A stretch of DNA of 64,000 nt from Methylophilaceae bacterium (GCA_039933015.1 JBDTOX010000163.1:14064-78063); one strand, 5' to 3'; positions 19,044 through 28,532 are shown, counted from the first letter of the stretch. A program made the numbers and translations. The notes: generated from the sequence alone by a model not told the origin.

Positions 19044-19532
19044 TCAAATGGATGCCTGAAAGCCTCCAAAGCGAGACTTGAGCTGCTTTCCAATGTCATA
19101 ACGTTCTTTACCGCTAAGAAAATTTCCGAATTCAATCTCTCTGCCGTGAGAGCGTAAGGCCAGGCGACGGCAGCCGCCACCCGGCTGACAATCCATCACC
19201 ACGCGCGCCCAGTAACAGTTAAGCTCCCAGTGGTAGTCATGATCGGGATCATGCCGCTCCACCACGATCTTGCCGTCATCTATGGTCAGGCGTTCATAAT
19301 CGCCTGCATGACGACAGGTGTAACCGAAGCCCCAGCCCAGCCCCAACAACTCAAGCCCGGAAAAAAACAGTACCGGCCAGGCGCCGAGCATGGTAAAGAC
19401 CAAGGCAACACTAAGGGAGATAAAAGCAATGAAGGAGAAGACACAAGCACAGGCCGCCGGGGGCAATGAACAATTGGGCCTGGCAGTAATTGAGTAATGC
19501 TCTGATGCTGCCGTATTACAGACATCTAACAT
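19044..19532 (-). CDS. DUF2244-type integral membrane protein associated with cytochrome oxidase operons
   Basis: ORF track gives 19044..19571 (TTG); the ATG at 19532 is preferred. Contains RPNCSLPP followed by two TM segments and GKERYDIGKQL, as in the small membrane proteins that commonly precede coxB. Confidence 0.65.
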   Translation of the reverse strand: MLDVCNTAASEHYSITARPNCSLPPAACACVFSFIAFISLSVALVFTMLGAWPVLFFSGLELLGLGWGFGYTCRHAGDYERLTIDDGKIVVERHDPDHDYHWELNCYWARVVMDCQPGGGCRRLALRSHGREIEFGNFLSGKERYDIGKQLKSRFGGFQASI

Positions 19533-19591
19533 ACGCCCCGCTTCTGTGGTAAAAACCACATTAACAAGCAATCAACTAATGCATGCAACTG

Positions 19592-19619
19592 ATTCTATGC
19601 CTGCTTTTTTTAAAGTCAA
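19592..19619 (-). promoter_or_regulatory. Candidate sigma-70 promoter of the DUF2244-coxBAC unit
   Basis: Minus strand reads TTGACT (19619..19614), 16 nt, then TAGAAT (19597..19592). It lies in the 130-nt gap between the motD stop and the DUF2244 ORF. Confidence 0.5.
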
Positions 19620-19700
19620 GCCTTGTAGCTTGGCGGCCCATGCCGCACAGCTCGGCGCAGCCATGGCCAGCGCTTCAAGTGTGGGGAAATTAATCCAGGC

Positions 19701-20522
19701 TTACTGTTTGGGCGGCGCAATTTCAGACCAGTCTGTAGCGGGCTCAGACGGTATTGCATACAAGACACTAATCACCACCCTGCGGTTACGCGCCCTGCCC
19801 GCTGGGGTTGCGTTCTCACTGAGCGGCTGCACTGATCCATGCCCCACTACACTCAGACGATTTTCCGTAATACCTGCATCGGCAAACCAGCGTACTACGC
19901 GGCTTGCCCGCATTGCGGAGAGCTCCCAGTTGGAAGCGAACGTTGGGTTATTAATTGGCGTGTTATCTGTGTGGCCGGCAATTTCCAGCGCATGTGGATC
20001 AATCTTGAGTAATTGTGCAATCGTGTGTAAGGGCTGCAGGGAAGACGGGGCCAGTGTCACAGCGCCAGGGGCGAATAGCAGCGCATCGTGAATATCGATG
20101 CTAATACCCCGATTGGTCTGCATGATGTGTACTTTATCCTGGCGCACCAACGGCTCCATGGCCTTGGCAAGATCAAGTGCCAGGCGCATCATCTGCTCGC
20201 GCTCGCGCAAACGCGCTTCCTGACGGCGCTTGACTGCTGGCAGCGGCGCAACCAAAGCACTGCCAACACCGTGGACTTGCAACAAGCCGCCCCGGCCCAT
20301 GCCGCCGCCCTGATAATCAGACTGCTCTGGCATAATGGGCCGGCTTACCCCAAATGCATTGCCCAGCGATGATGAGAGTTGGCGATACTTGCCCAGGTTG
20401 ACTGAAGACACCGCATACATCACGACAAAAAAGGCAAACAGCAAGGTGATGAAATCGGCATAGGAAACCAGCCAGCGCTCATGGCTTTCGTGCTCTTCCT
20501 CCTGCCTCTTTTTTCTTCTCAT
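19701..20522 (-). CDS. motD: Flagellar stator protein, MotB/MotD family (OmpA-like C-terminus)
   Basis: 273 aa. N-terminus HERWLVSYADFITLLFAFFVVMYAVS (plug/TM with conserved Asp). C-terminal peptidoglycan-binding region GHTDNTPI..SNWELSAMRASRVVR. Confidence 0.9.
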   Translation of the reverse strand: MRRKKRQEEEHESHERWLVSYADFITLLFAFFVVMYAVSSVNLGKYRQLSSSLGNAFGVSRPIMPEQSDYQGGGMGRGGLLQVHGVGSALVAPLPAVKRRQEARLREREQMMRLALDLAKAMEPLVRQDKVHIMQTNRGISIDIHDALLFAPGAVTLAPSSLQPLHTIAQLLKIDPHALEIAGHTDNTPINNPTFASNWELSAMRASRVVRWFADAGITENRLSVVGHGSVQPLSENATPAGRARNRRVVISVLYAIPSEPATDWSEIAPPKQ

Positions 20523-20562
20523 AGATGCACTTTCAACCCGCTCACTTTCCAGCTATTTTTGC

Positions 20563-21303
20563 TTAAGTAGCAAAGCCTACCAAGCGCTCCTCGACCATAC
20601 GCGGGTGCGCGCCGTCGGCAATTGACACGAGTGCGTCAATCAGCATTTCGCGCCGAGAAACTTCAATCTGAATAAGTGCTTTCAACTTATTGGCAACCGG
20701 AAGAAAGATCAGGTTGGCAAAGCCGACACCATAGATCGTAGCGACGAAGGCAACCGCTATGCCACTGCCCAGCCTGCTCGGGTCGGACAAGTTTTCCATC
20801 ACATGGATAAGGCCGAGAACCGCGCCCAGTATACCGATGGTAGGTGCATAGCCCCCTGCCGCATCCCAGATTTTAGCCGCGCTGCGCTGCTGTGCTTCGT
20901 AATGATCCAGATCAATGCTGCAAATTTCCTGGATTTTTTCTGGGGTAACGCCGTCGATCATGAGGCGCAATCCCTTTTGGATAAAGGCATCTTCCTCAGC
21001 CGCGAGGTGAGCTTCCAAACTCAGAAAGCCATCTTTGTAGACAACGCCACTCCAGCGCACAATGCGCAGCGCCAGTGAACGCCTGTCGTCCGTCGGTGGA
21101 AAAAAAATCCAGCGCAACATGCCCAATCCACGCACAACATGTGAAATATGGCTTTGCAGTAAAACGGCACCTAAAGTCCCGAAAACCACTACCAGAAATG
21201 CGGCAGGCTGCAGCAGCGAGTGGATGCTGCCGCCTTCAAGCGCTTGCCCGAGCAGAATGCCCGCAACGGCAAGCGTGAGACCCGCTAGGCTACCCCAGTC
21301 CAT
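20563..21303 (-). CDS. motC: Flagellar stator protein, MotA/MotC family
   Basis: 246 aa, four-TM MotA/TolQ/ExbB-type (YAPTIGILGAVLGLIHVM..AVAFVATIYGVGFANLIFLPVANKL). Lies directly upstream of the MotB-like gene. Confidence 0.9.
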   Translation of the reverse strand: MDWGSLAGLTLAVAGILLGQALEGGSIHSLLQPAAFLVVVFGTLGAVLLQSHISHVVRGLGMLRWIFFPPTDDRRSLALRIVRWSGVVYKDGFLSLEAHLAAEEDAFIQKGLRLMIDGVTPEKIQEICSIDLDHYEAQQRSAAKIWDAAGGYAPTIGILGAVLGLIHVMENLSDPSRLGSGIAVAFVATIYGVGFANLIFLPVANKLKALIQIEVSRREMLIDALVSIADGAHPRMVEERLVGFAT

Positions 21304-22019
21304 AATTGCTCTTTCATTTTTGCCCGCAGTCTCGAAACCGCCTGGCTATGTATTTGGCACACACGGGATTCGGAAACGTTCATCACGCTGCCGATTTCTT
21401 TCAAGTTCAACTCCTGCTCATAGTACAAACCCATGAGTAGCTTTTCTCGCTCTGGCAATGCCTCGATCGCCTCCACTAAAGCCTCGCGGAAACCACTGGA
21501 CATCAGTTCCTTCAGCGGATCGCTATCTTCATCCTGCTGGTGCTGGTCAAGAAAGTGGTTGCCGCCGTCGCCTTCAGCAAAATCCTCGTAATACAGTAAT
21601 TGATGTCCACAACCGTCGTTCAGCATTGCCTGGTACTCCTCCAGCGTCATCTGCAATTGCCTTGCAAGCTCGGCCTCAGCCGGTGGCCGCCCCAGTTGCT
21701 GCTCTAACACATTGATGGCCACTTCAATCTTGCGCATATTCTGTCGCGCGCCGCGCGGCATCCAGTCTGAACTGCGCAGCTCATCCAGCATGGCGCCCCT
21801 GATACGCTGCGCTGCGTAGGTCTCAAATTGCGCCCCATGCGTGTCTTCATAACGGTTGAGCGCATCGAGTAATCCCATCATGCCCACCTGTACCAGATCA
21901 TCCACTTCCACACTGGCTGGTAATTTGGCTTTCAGCAGATAAGCAATTTTCTTGACTAGTGCGACATGCTCATTCAGCGGCAGATTTTTCTGGTCAGGTT
22001 TTCCGTTGATCGTATACAT
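21285..22019 (-). CDS. fliA: Flagellar sigma factor FliA (sigma-28)
   Basis: 244 aa. Region 2 (DDLVQVGMMGLLDALNRYEDTHGAQFETYAAQRIRGAMLDELR) and region 4 HTH (LNLKEIGSVMNVSESRVCQIHSQAV) are present. Confidence 0.94.
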   Translation of the reverse strand: MYTINGKPDQKNLPLNEHVALVKKIAYLLKAKLPASVEVDDLVQVGMMGLLDALNRYEDTHGAQFETYAAQRIRGAMLDELRSSDWMPRGARQNMRKIEVAINVLEQQLGRPPAEAELARQLQMTLEEYQAMLNDGCGHQLLYYEDFAEGDGGNHFLDQHQQDEDSDPLKELMSSGFREALVEAIEALPEREKLLMGLYYEQELNLKEIGSVMNVSESRVCQIHSQAVSRLRAKMKEQLWTGVA

Positions 22020-22030
22020 AATGAAGCTTC

Positions 22031-22858
22031 CTAACTAAAGGAGGACGTCTGAACCCTGCTGAGGTTAGCTTGGGAATATCCCAGACGTTGAGCCAGTTGC
22101 TTGAATGCCGCAGAAGCTTTTGCCAGAGGGAATGCCTCGATGACCGCGCGGCCCAGTTGGGCAGCGCGGTACAGGTCTTCATCTGCCGGTATGGAGCCGA
22201 TAAACTCCAGCTCGACTCCGAGAAAGCGGCGTGCAACCTGCGTCATATTCTGATAAATGTCTTGCGCCTTGGACTCGCTGGCACCGGTTACCAGGATGCC
22301 GAAACCACGCCGGCCAAGCCTGCTGCACACCTGTTTGATCAAAAAATAGGCAGCCTTAATGGATTCGGGGTCATTCGACAGCTGAATAAAAATCTCTCCT
22401 TCATCCAGGCAGGCTAATGGCAGCACGCCCTCCTCAGTAAGTGCTGCGTCTACCAGGACAATATCGTGACGGGCGGCCAGCTTCATCATGGCGTCATTCA
22501 ATGCCATGGACAGCATGCTGTCCAAGCTGCTCAAGTGAGGCTGCGACATAAGCCTGGCCACAGAAAACCCCTGATCGGATACATGAATCCCATTTTCCAG
22601 CGGCTGTCCGCGTTGAACGCTATCCAGCAAGGTCGAGTTTATTTCGATGCCGTAATTCTCCAGCACATCACTCGAATCTGCAGCCGCATGCACCACCAGC
22701 ACATCCTTGCCATGTCGATTAAGTGATGCTGCCAGGTTGGTCAAGGTACGCGAGTTATCATGCGAGGCTGCCGCCGAGAACATGGAAATGATGCGCGGCC
22801 TGGGTACCGCCATAATGCGTCTGAGGCTTTCTGCCTGATCTTTCATGAAATCACTCAT
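22031..22858 (-). CDS. flhG: FlhG/FleN-like flagellar number regulator (MinD/ParA fold) with degenerate Walker A
   Basis: 275 aa between flhF and fliA. The N-terminal DQAESLRRI matches the DQAxxLR motif. It is collinear with FleN over the C-terminal part (..IGSIPADEDLYRAAQLGRAVIEAFPLAKASAAFKQLAQRL). The P-loop position reads SAAASHDNSRT instead of GKGGVGKT. Confidence 0.75.
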   Translation of the reverse strand: MSDFMKDQAESLRRIMAVPRPRIISMFSAAASHDNSRTLTNLAASLNRHGKDVLVVHAAADSSDVLENYGIEINSTLLDSVQRGQPLENGIHVSDQGFSVARLMSQPHLSSLDSMLSMALNDAMMKLAARHDIVLVDAALTEEGVLPLACLDEGEIFIQLSNDPESIKAAYFLIKQVCSRLGRRGFGILVTGASESKAQDIYQNMTQVARRFLGVELEFIGSIPADEDLYRAAQLGRAVIEAFPLAKASAAFKQLAQRLGYSQANLSRVQTSSFS

Positions 22859-24206
22859 GGCTCACCTGCGCTCCCCGGCCCTCAGCCTGACGGCCCGCAT
22901 GTGCCATCAGCATGGGCAATTCCGTATCGCGGAATGCGTATGGCGTCGATGCCTGCCGGGACAGGCTGAAAGCGCGTTCGATCAGCTGTTTGCGATCGGC
23001 CGCCTGCAAGTCTTCCGGCACGCGCTGGCCGTCTGTCACGCAATACAAATCCAGCTTATGCCGGATCATCACATCAAGCGCGCTGCCGATGGTGGCCGCT
23101 TCGTCCAGCTTGGTAAGGATGCAGCCTGCCAGGCCCTTGCCCTTATATACCCGCACCACATCACTCAGGGTTTCGCCGGTGCTGGTTGCACTGAGACAGA
23201 GCAGACGTTTTACGTTGCTACCGGGGCCCGAGAGCATGGCAATCTGTTCTGTCACCATGCGATCACGCTGGCTGACACCCACGGTATCGATCAGGATGGT
23301 ATGCTTGTTCTTGAGCTCTTTTAAGGCAATTTGTAAATCGGCTGCATCCTTGACGGCATGCACCATGACACCGAGGATCTTGCCATAGATGCGCAATTGC
23401 TCATGCCCGCCGATACGATAGCCATCCGTGGTGATGAGTGCGAGCTTGTCCGCCCCATGTTTCATGACAAAGCGCGCTGCGAGCTTGGCGGTAGTCGTGG
23501 TTTTACCGACACCGGTTGGCCCGATGAGCGCGAAGACACCGCCCTGCTCCAGAATCTGGCTCTGGTCGGGAATGGTCCGGATATTTCTCAGCAGCACAGA
23601 CTTCATCCATACCAGGGCACGCTCACGGTTTAGATTGACCGGTAATTTCTCTATCAAAGCGCGCGATAAACCAGCACCAAAGCCTGCCGCAAGCAGACTG
23701 CGCAGCAACACCGGCTTCAGCGGGTCGCGCTGTTGCAGGCTATTCCAGGCCAGCTCGGTGAGCTGCGGCTCAACTATGCTGCGCATGGATCTTATTTCAC
23801 TCATTAATTCACGTAGCTCCTGGCTTGCAGATGTTTGCTGCGCCGCAGGCGGCAGAACGGACTTGGGCGACGTAACGGCTTGTTCTTTTTGCAGGGTCTT
23901 AGGCATGGGCCCTTGTTCCTTGTCAGCGGCAGGCTGCCTGGCATACATAGCGCTCAACAACTGGGTTTGCTGTGCCATAACGTCATGAGCTTGCTGTCCC
24001 TTGCTGACTGGACGTACCAAAGGCGCTGCAAGCTTTTCAGCCTCAGGATTCAGTAGCGTATGCATATCCTCGCTCCCCAAAGCGACAATTTCGTTGCCCC
24101 CGGCAACAGCCCTGTTTGATAAAATTACGGCATCAGTACCCAAAGCCTCACGCACCATCTGCATGGCTTCACGCGAACTCTGCGCAATAAATTTTCTGAC
24201 ATTCAT
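22851..24206 (-). CDS. flhF: Flagellar biosynthesis SRP-type GTPase FlhF
   Basis: 451 aa. Contains G1 GPTGVGKTTTTAKLAA, DTVGVSQRD and TKLDEA. N-terminal B-domain MNVRKFIAQSSREAMQMVREALGTDAVILS. Confidence 0.93.
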   Translation of the reverse strand: MNVRKFIAQSSREAMQMVREALGTDAVILSNRAVAGGNEIVALGSEDMHTLLNPEAEKLAAPLVRPVSKGQQAHDVMAQQTQLLSAMYARQPAADKEQGPMPKTLQKEQAVTSPKSVLPPAAQQTSASQELRELMSEIRSMRSIVEPQLTELAWNSLQQRDPLKPVLLRSLLAAGFGAGLSRALIEKLPVNLNRERALVWMKSVLLRNIRTIPDQSQILEQGGVFALIGPTGVGKTTTTAKLAARFVMKHGADKLALITTDGYRIGGHEQLRIYGKILGVMVHAVKDAADLQIALKELKNKHTILIDTVGVSQRDRMVTEQIAMLSGPGSNVKRLLCLSATSTGETLSDVVRVYKGKGLAGCILTKLDEAATIGSALDVMIRHKLDLYCVTDGQRVPEDLQAADRKQLIERAFSLSRQASTPYAFRDTELPMLMAHAGRQAEGRGAQVSHE

Positions 24207-24209
24207 GCT

Positions 24210-26285
24210 TTAACCTCCAACTAAACTATTGACGCGTATGGTTTTGGAATCAGGCAACTCATCATGCGAAAGCACACGGAGCTGCGGAATGGCACGGCGC
24301 AGGAAGCGTGCGAGTAAGGCCCGTAACGGCGCAGGCACCAGCAATACGGGCGTCATGCCCATTTGTTCCTGCTGGCGCGCAGCGCGCTCCGCCTGAGTGG
24401 CAATGGTTTCTGCCAGGCCAGGCTCAATGGCGGCTCCGCCTGCCGAGCTTGTCTGTAGCGCCTGCATCAATATTCTTTCCAGGTTCTGGTCGAGCGTGAT
24501 CACAGACAGCTCATTGCCCGCCGGGAACAACTGCTGGACGATGGCGCGCCCAAGCTGGACGCGCACCAGCGCCGTAAGATCATTGGGATCCTGGGTGTGG
24601 GAGGCATGCTCGGACAGCGTCTCAATAATGGTGCGCATATCGCGGATATGCACGCCCTCGATCAGCAGATTCTGCAGCACCTTCTGTATGATGGAAAGCT
24701 GCAGGAGCTTGGGCACTAAATCCTCTGTCAGTTTCGGCGCTTCCTTGCCCAGATGGTCCAGTAGTTGCTGAACTTCCTGACGCCCGAGCAATTCCGCAGC
24801 GTGCGAGGTAATCAGGTGATTCAGGTGGGTGGCAATGACAGTACCCGCATCCACCACGGTGTAGCCCAAGCTCTGTGCGTGGTCACGCATGGCACTTTCC
24901 ACCCAGACCGCAGGTAATCCAAAAGCCGGATCGGTGGTTGCCGGGCCTGGCAGCGCGCCGGCAACCATGCCGGGGTTGATGGCTAGAAACTGGCCGTTAT
25001 GCGACTCGCCCGAACCAATTTCTACGCCCTTGAGCGTGATCCTATAGGCCGATGGCTTGAGCTCAAGGTTGTCGCGAATATGCACCGAGGGGGAAAGAAA
25101 ACCCACTTCCTGCGTAAATTTCTTGCGCAGGCCTTTGATACGCTTCAGCAGTTCGCCGTCTTGCGCCTTATCCACCAACGGAATCAAGCGGTAGCCCACT
25201 TCCAGCCCGAGCACGTCGACCGGGACGATATCCTCCCAACTCGCCTCGTCGCCTTCGGCAATGGCAACCGGGGCGCTCTGCGCTATGGGCGCTGCGGCAG
25301 CTTTAGCCCGCTCAGCCACCAGATAGGCTATACCGCCCAGCGCGGTAGCCAGTATCAGAAATGCAAAATGCGGCATGCCGGGAATAAGTCCCATGCCGCC
25401 TATGATGGCGGCGGTGATGTAGATCACCTTGGGATTGGAAAACAGCTGGTTTACAAGCTGGCCGCCCGTGTCCTGCTCATTCGCCACACGCGACACCACC
25501 ACACCGGCAGCGGTGGAAATAATCAGTGAAGGAATTTGCGCTACCAGCCCATCGCCAATAGCCAGCAGCGTGTAATTCTTGATCGCCGCAGCCAAGGCCA
25601 TGTCGTGCTGTGCCATGCCAACTATGAGCCCGCCGGCAATATTAATGATGGTGACCATAATGCCGGCGACCGCATCGCCGCGCACATATTTACTCGCACC
25701 ATCCATGGCACCATAGAATTCAGCCTCCTGGCCTATCTCCAGGCGACGGCGGCGCGCTTCTGCCTCACCAATCAGACCCGCGTTCAGGTCTGCATCGATA
25801 GCCATCTGCTTGCCCGGCATAGCATCCAGGGTAAAGCGCGCGCCCACTTCGGCGATACGTCCGGCACCTTTGGTGACCACGGTAAAATTAATAATCGTCA
25901 GAATCACAAAAACGACAATACCGACGGTGTAGTTGCCGCCAATCAAAAAGTGCCCAAAAGACTCGATCACCTTGCCGGCAGCCGCCGGACCGGAATGCCC
26001 CTCGGTGAGCACCACGCGTGTAGACGCCACATTGAGCGACAGCCTCAGCATGGTGGTGACCAGCAGCACGGTGGGGAATGCAATGAAATCCAGTGGCTTG
26101 GAGGTATACAGGCTGATGAGCAGCACCAGGATGGAGAGCGCGATATTAAAGCTGAAGAGCATATCCAGGACGACGGGGGGCAGTGGCAGCATCATCATCG
26201 CCAGCAGCATGATGATGATCAGCGGCGCAGCGATAGCCTTGCTGGCAGCTGTGTTTAACCAGATCGGCCATTGCATACTGCTCAT
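24210..26285 (-). CDS. flhA: Flagellar type III export gate protein FlhA
   Basis: 691 aa. Contains FPTVLLVTTMLRLSLNVASTR, GAGRIAEVGARFTLDAMPGKQMAIDADL and a large cytoplasmic C-domain. Confidence 0.95.
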   Translation of the reverse strand: MSSMQWPIWLNTAASKAIAAPLIIIMLLAMMMLPLPPVVLDMLFSFNIALSILVLLISLYTSKPLDFIAFPTVLLVTTMLRLSLNVASTRVVLTEGHSGPAAAGKVIESFGHFLIGGNYTVGIVVFVILTIINFTVVTKGAGRIAEVGARFTLDAMPGKQMAIDADLNAGLIGEAEARRRRLEIGQEAEFYGAMDGASKYVRGDAVAGIMVTIINIAGGLIVGMAQHDMALAAAIKNYTLLAIGDGLVAQIPSLIISTAAGVVVSRVANEQDTGGQLVNQLFSNPKVIYITAAIIGGMGLIPGMPHFAFLILATALGGIAYLVAERAKAAAAPIAQSAPVAIAEGDEASWEDIVPVDVLGLEVGYRLIPLVDKAQDGELLKRIKGLRKKFTQEVGFLSPSVHIRDNLELKPSAYRITLKGVEIGSGESHNGQFLAINPGMVAGALPGPATTDPAFGLPAVWVESAMRDHAQSLGYTVVDAGTVIATHLNHLITSHAAELLGRQEVQQLLDHLGKEAPKLTEDLVPKLLQLSIIQKVLQNLLIEGVHIRDMRTIIETLSEHASHTQDPNDLTALVRVQLGRAIVQQLFPAGNELSVITLDQNLERILMQALQTSSAGGAAIEPGLAETIATQAERAARQQEQMGMTPVLLVPAPLRALLARFLRRAIPQLRVLSHDELPDSKTIRVNSLVGG

Positions 26286-27457
26286 GATGCCATTCCCGGT
26301 TCTGGGTTCTGAGCCAGCACTATTGCGTTATGCGGGTCTAGCGCCTCTGGCACCGTCAGATCAACAGGCGGCTTCGGCTTTACCCCGCCCTGTTTGCCAT
26401 AGGCACGTAATTGGTAGACATAGGCCAGGACTTCAGCCACAGCGGAATAAAGCTGCTCAGGGATTTCATCGCCAAGATCCGCATGCGCGTGCAAGGCACG
26501 GGCCAATGGCGGCGCCTCCAGCATAGGCACATGATGCTCAGCGGCAATTTCGCGTATCTTGAGCGCCACCGCATCGGCACCTTTGGCTACCACCACGGGC
26601 GCACGCATATCGGCATCCTTGTATTGCAAGGCCACTGCGTAATGCGTCGGGTTGGTGATGACTATATCGGCATGGGGAATTTCGGACATCATGCGACGTC
26701 TGGCCATTTCCCTTTGCATCTGGCGGACTCTTGCCTTGATCTGGGGATTGCCGTCGGATTCCTTGGCCTCCTGGCGCACTTCCTCCTTGGTCATTTTCAG
26801 CTTATTGGCGTAGCGCCTGATCTGATAAGGAACGTCGATGGCGGCAATCAATACCAGCGCGGCGACAATACTCAAAAATCCCCAGGTTAAAAGATGACCA
26901 AGCTGCTCTATGCCTGATTTCAATGGCTGATGCGACAGGGCAAACATATCGCTTTTTTGCGACGCCATAACGACATAGGCCACTACAGTGACCAGCGTAG
27001 CCTTGAGCAGTGCTTTCACCAGTTCGGCTAGCGCATTTTTAGACACCATATTGGTCACGCCCTTGAGCGGATTCATACGGCCAAAGTTGGGCATCACCCC
27101 TTTGCTGCTGAATATCCATCCACCAATCAGGGCGGGAGAAAAAGCCGCCACCAGCAGGAGCAACAGCGCCAACGGGAAAAATGCCCATAACAGGTCATTG
27201 ATCTGGGCGGCCATTCTTACCAGCAGCAACATGGGGTCAAAGGCCAATTCGCGGCTAAGCGTCAGTCCCGAGATTAAATTGGTTTGCAGTGCATGCGCGA
27301 TCCCGGAACCCATAAGCCAGAATCCGGCACCTGATGCGAGCAGCAGGGTGCAGGTGGTCAATTCGCGCGAACGGGGTACATCACCTTCTTCGCGAGCTTT
27401 TTCCAGGCGTTTGGGCGACGCCGGTTCTGTTTTCTCAAGATCGCTATCTTCGGCCAT
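26282..27457 (-). CDS. flhB: Flagellar export switch protein FlhB
   Basis: ORF track runs to 27490. The ATG at 27457 has AGGAG upstream (MAEDSDLEKTEPASPKRLEKAREEGDVPRSRE). The NPTH autocleavage site (ITNPTHYAVAL) is present. Overlaps flhA by 4 nt. Confidence 0.93.
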   Translation of the reverse strand: MAEDSDLEKTEPASPKRLEKAREEGDVPRSRELTTCTLLLASGAGFWLMGSGIAHALQTNLISGLTLSRELAFDPMLLLVRMAAQINDLLWAFFPLALLLLLVAAFSPALIGGWIFSSKGVMPNFGRMNPLKGVTNMVSKNALAELVKALLKATLVTVVAYVVMASQKSDMFALSHQPLKSGIEQLGHLLTWGFLSIVAALVLIAAIDVPYQIRRYANKLKMTKEEVRQEAKESDGNPQIKARVRQMQREMARRRMMSEIPHADIVITNPTHYAVALQYKDADMRAPVVVAKGADAVALKIREIAAEHHVPMLEAPPLARALHAHADLGDEIPEQLYSAVAEVLAYVYQLRAYGKQGGVKPKPPVDLTVPEALDPHNAIVLAQNPEPGMAS

Positions 27458-27662
27458 GCCGACTCCTTTTGAATACTTGCCAGGTGGCAAACACCAGACA
27501 GAGCTTCTTCAGGAGACATTATTTGCGGAAACAGTTAAATTGCATCGACGGAATAAGCGGTGAAAAAGGCCGCTCTTCGAAAGAAACTGGTGCAAGAGAC
27601 AACATGGGCACTGCAGCGCAGTGCTGGAATTTATCGCGCCAGGCAGATTAAACCAGGCAATT

Positions 27663-27696
27663 AAAAAGGAGCCGAAAACAGCGCGCTTCGGCTCCC
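27663..27696 (-). terminator. Rho-independent terminator after suhB
   Basis: Minus-strand RNA reads GGAGCCGAA, loop, UUCGGCUCC, then UUUUU. Plus-strand arms are at 27668..27676 and 27687..27695, with an A-run at 27663..27667. It lies 18 nt after the suhB stop. Confidence 0.75.
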
Positions 27697-27713
27697 GACA
27701 ATCAACGCTTTAA

Positions 27714-28532
27714 CTATGCCCGTGTAGCAGGATTGGATTTGAGCGCATCTGTTAGATGCGGCGCCAATGTTTGCAGTATTTGCGCAAAAACCTTGGGATT
27801 ACCGGCCACGATGTTGCCCGTGTCTATCCAGGTCCCGTTGCCTTCAAAATCACCCACAATGCCACCCGCCTCTTGCACCAGCAAGGCACCAGCGGCGATA
27901 TCCCATTTGGACAGGCCAATTTCCCAGAAGCCGTCGTACCAGCCAGCAGCCACATAGGCCAAATCCAGCGCCGCAGATCCAGGGCGACGCAATCCCGAGG
28001 TTTTTTTAACCATATCCTTGAACATGGCTAAATAAGCATCCAGATGCGCGAAATCGCGGAATGGAAAGCCTGTGCCTATAATGGAATCTTGCAGCTTGGG
28101 ACGATTGCTTACACGAATACGTTTGTCATTCAGGAAAGCGCCGCGGCCACGCGTGGCGGTGAACAAATCATTGCGATTGGGATCGTAAACTACAGCCTGG
28201 GTGAGCAGGCCCTGCTGCATTAGCGCGATGGAAATACCGTATTGTGGAAAGCCATGCAGAAAGTTGGTGGTACCGTCCAGTGGATCAATAATCCATACAT
28301 TTTCCGCATCTACGCGTTCATTACCGCTTTCTTCACCAATAAAGCCGTGATCGGGATAAGCGTCCTGCAAGGTTTCGATGATCGTCCGTTCAGCGGCGTG
28401 ATCCACCTCGGTGACAAAATCGTTATAAGTCTTGCTGCGCACTGTAAGCGCACCAATATCTTGTGAAGCACGGGTAATAATACTACCGGCACGGCGCGCG
28501 GCTTTCACCGCGTTGGTTAGCATGGGGTGCAT
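27714..28532 (-). CDS. suhB: Inositol monophosphatase family protein SuhB
   Basis: Start [16 protein letters not shown] (ORF track runs to 28544). Motifs [18 protein letters not shown] and WDIAAG are present. Confidence 0.92.
   Translation of the reverse strand: MHPMLTNAVKAARRAGSIITRASQDIGALTVRSKTYNDFVTEVDHAAERTIIETLQDAYPDHGFIGEESGNERVDAENVWIIDPLDGTTNFLHGFPQYGISIALMQQGLLTQAVVYDPNRNDLFTATRGRGAFLNDKRIRVSNRPKLQDSIIGTGFPFRDFAHLDAYLAMFKDMVKKTSGLRRPGSAALDLAYVAAGWYDGFWEIGLSKWDIAAGALLVQEAGGIVGDFEGNGTWIDTGNIVAGNPKVFAQILQTLAPHLTDALKSNPATRA

Noticed and set aside
27608-27624. A palindrome GCACTGC-AGC-GCAGTGC, with an adjacent GGCAC, in the flhB upstream region. I considered it as a sigma-54 promoter or regulator site.
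   Set aside because: The GG-to-GC spacing is 9 nt, not 10. The orientation points toward suhB, where there is no downstream gene. No TTGC element is at the correct distance on the flhB strand. It may be a chance 7-bp inverted repeat.
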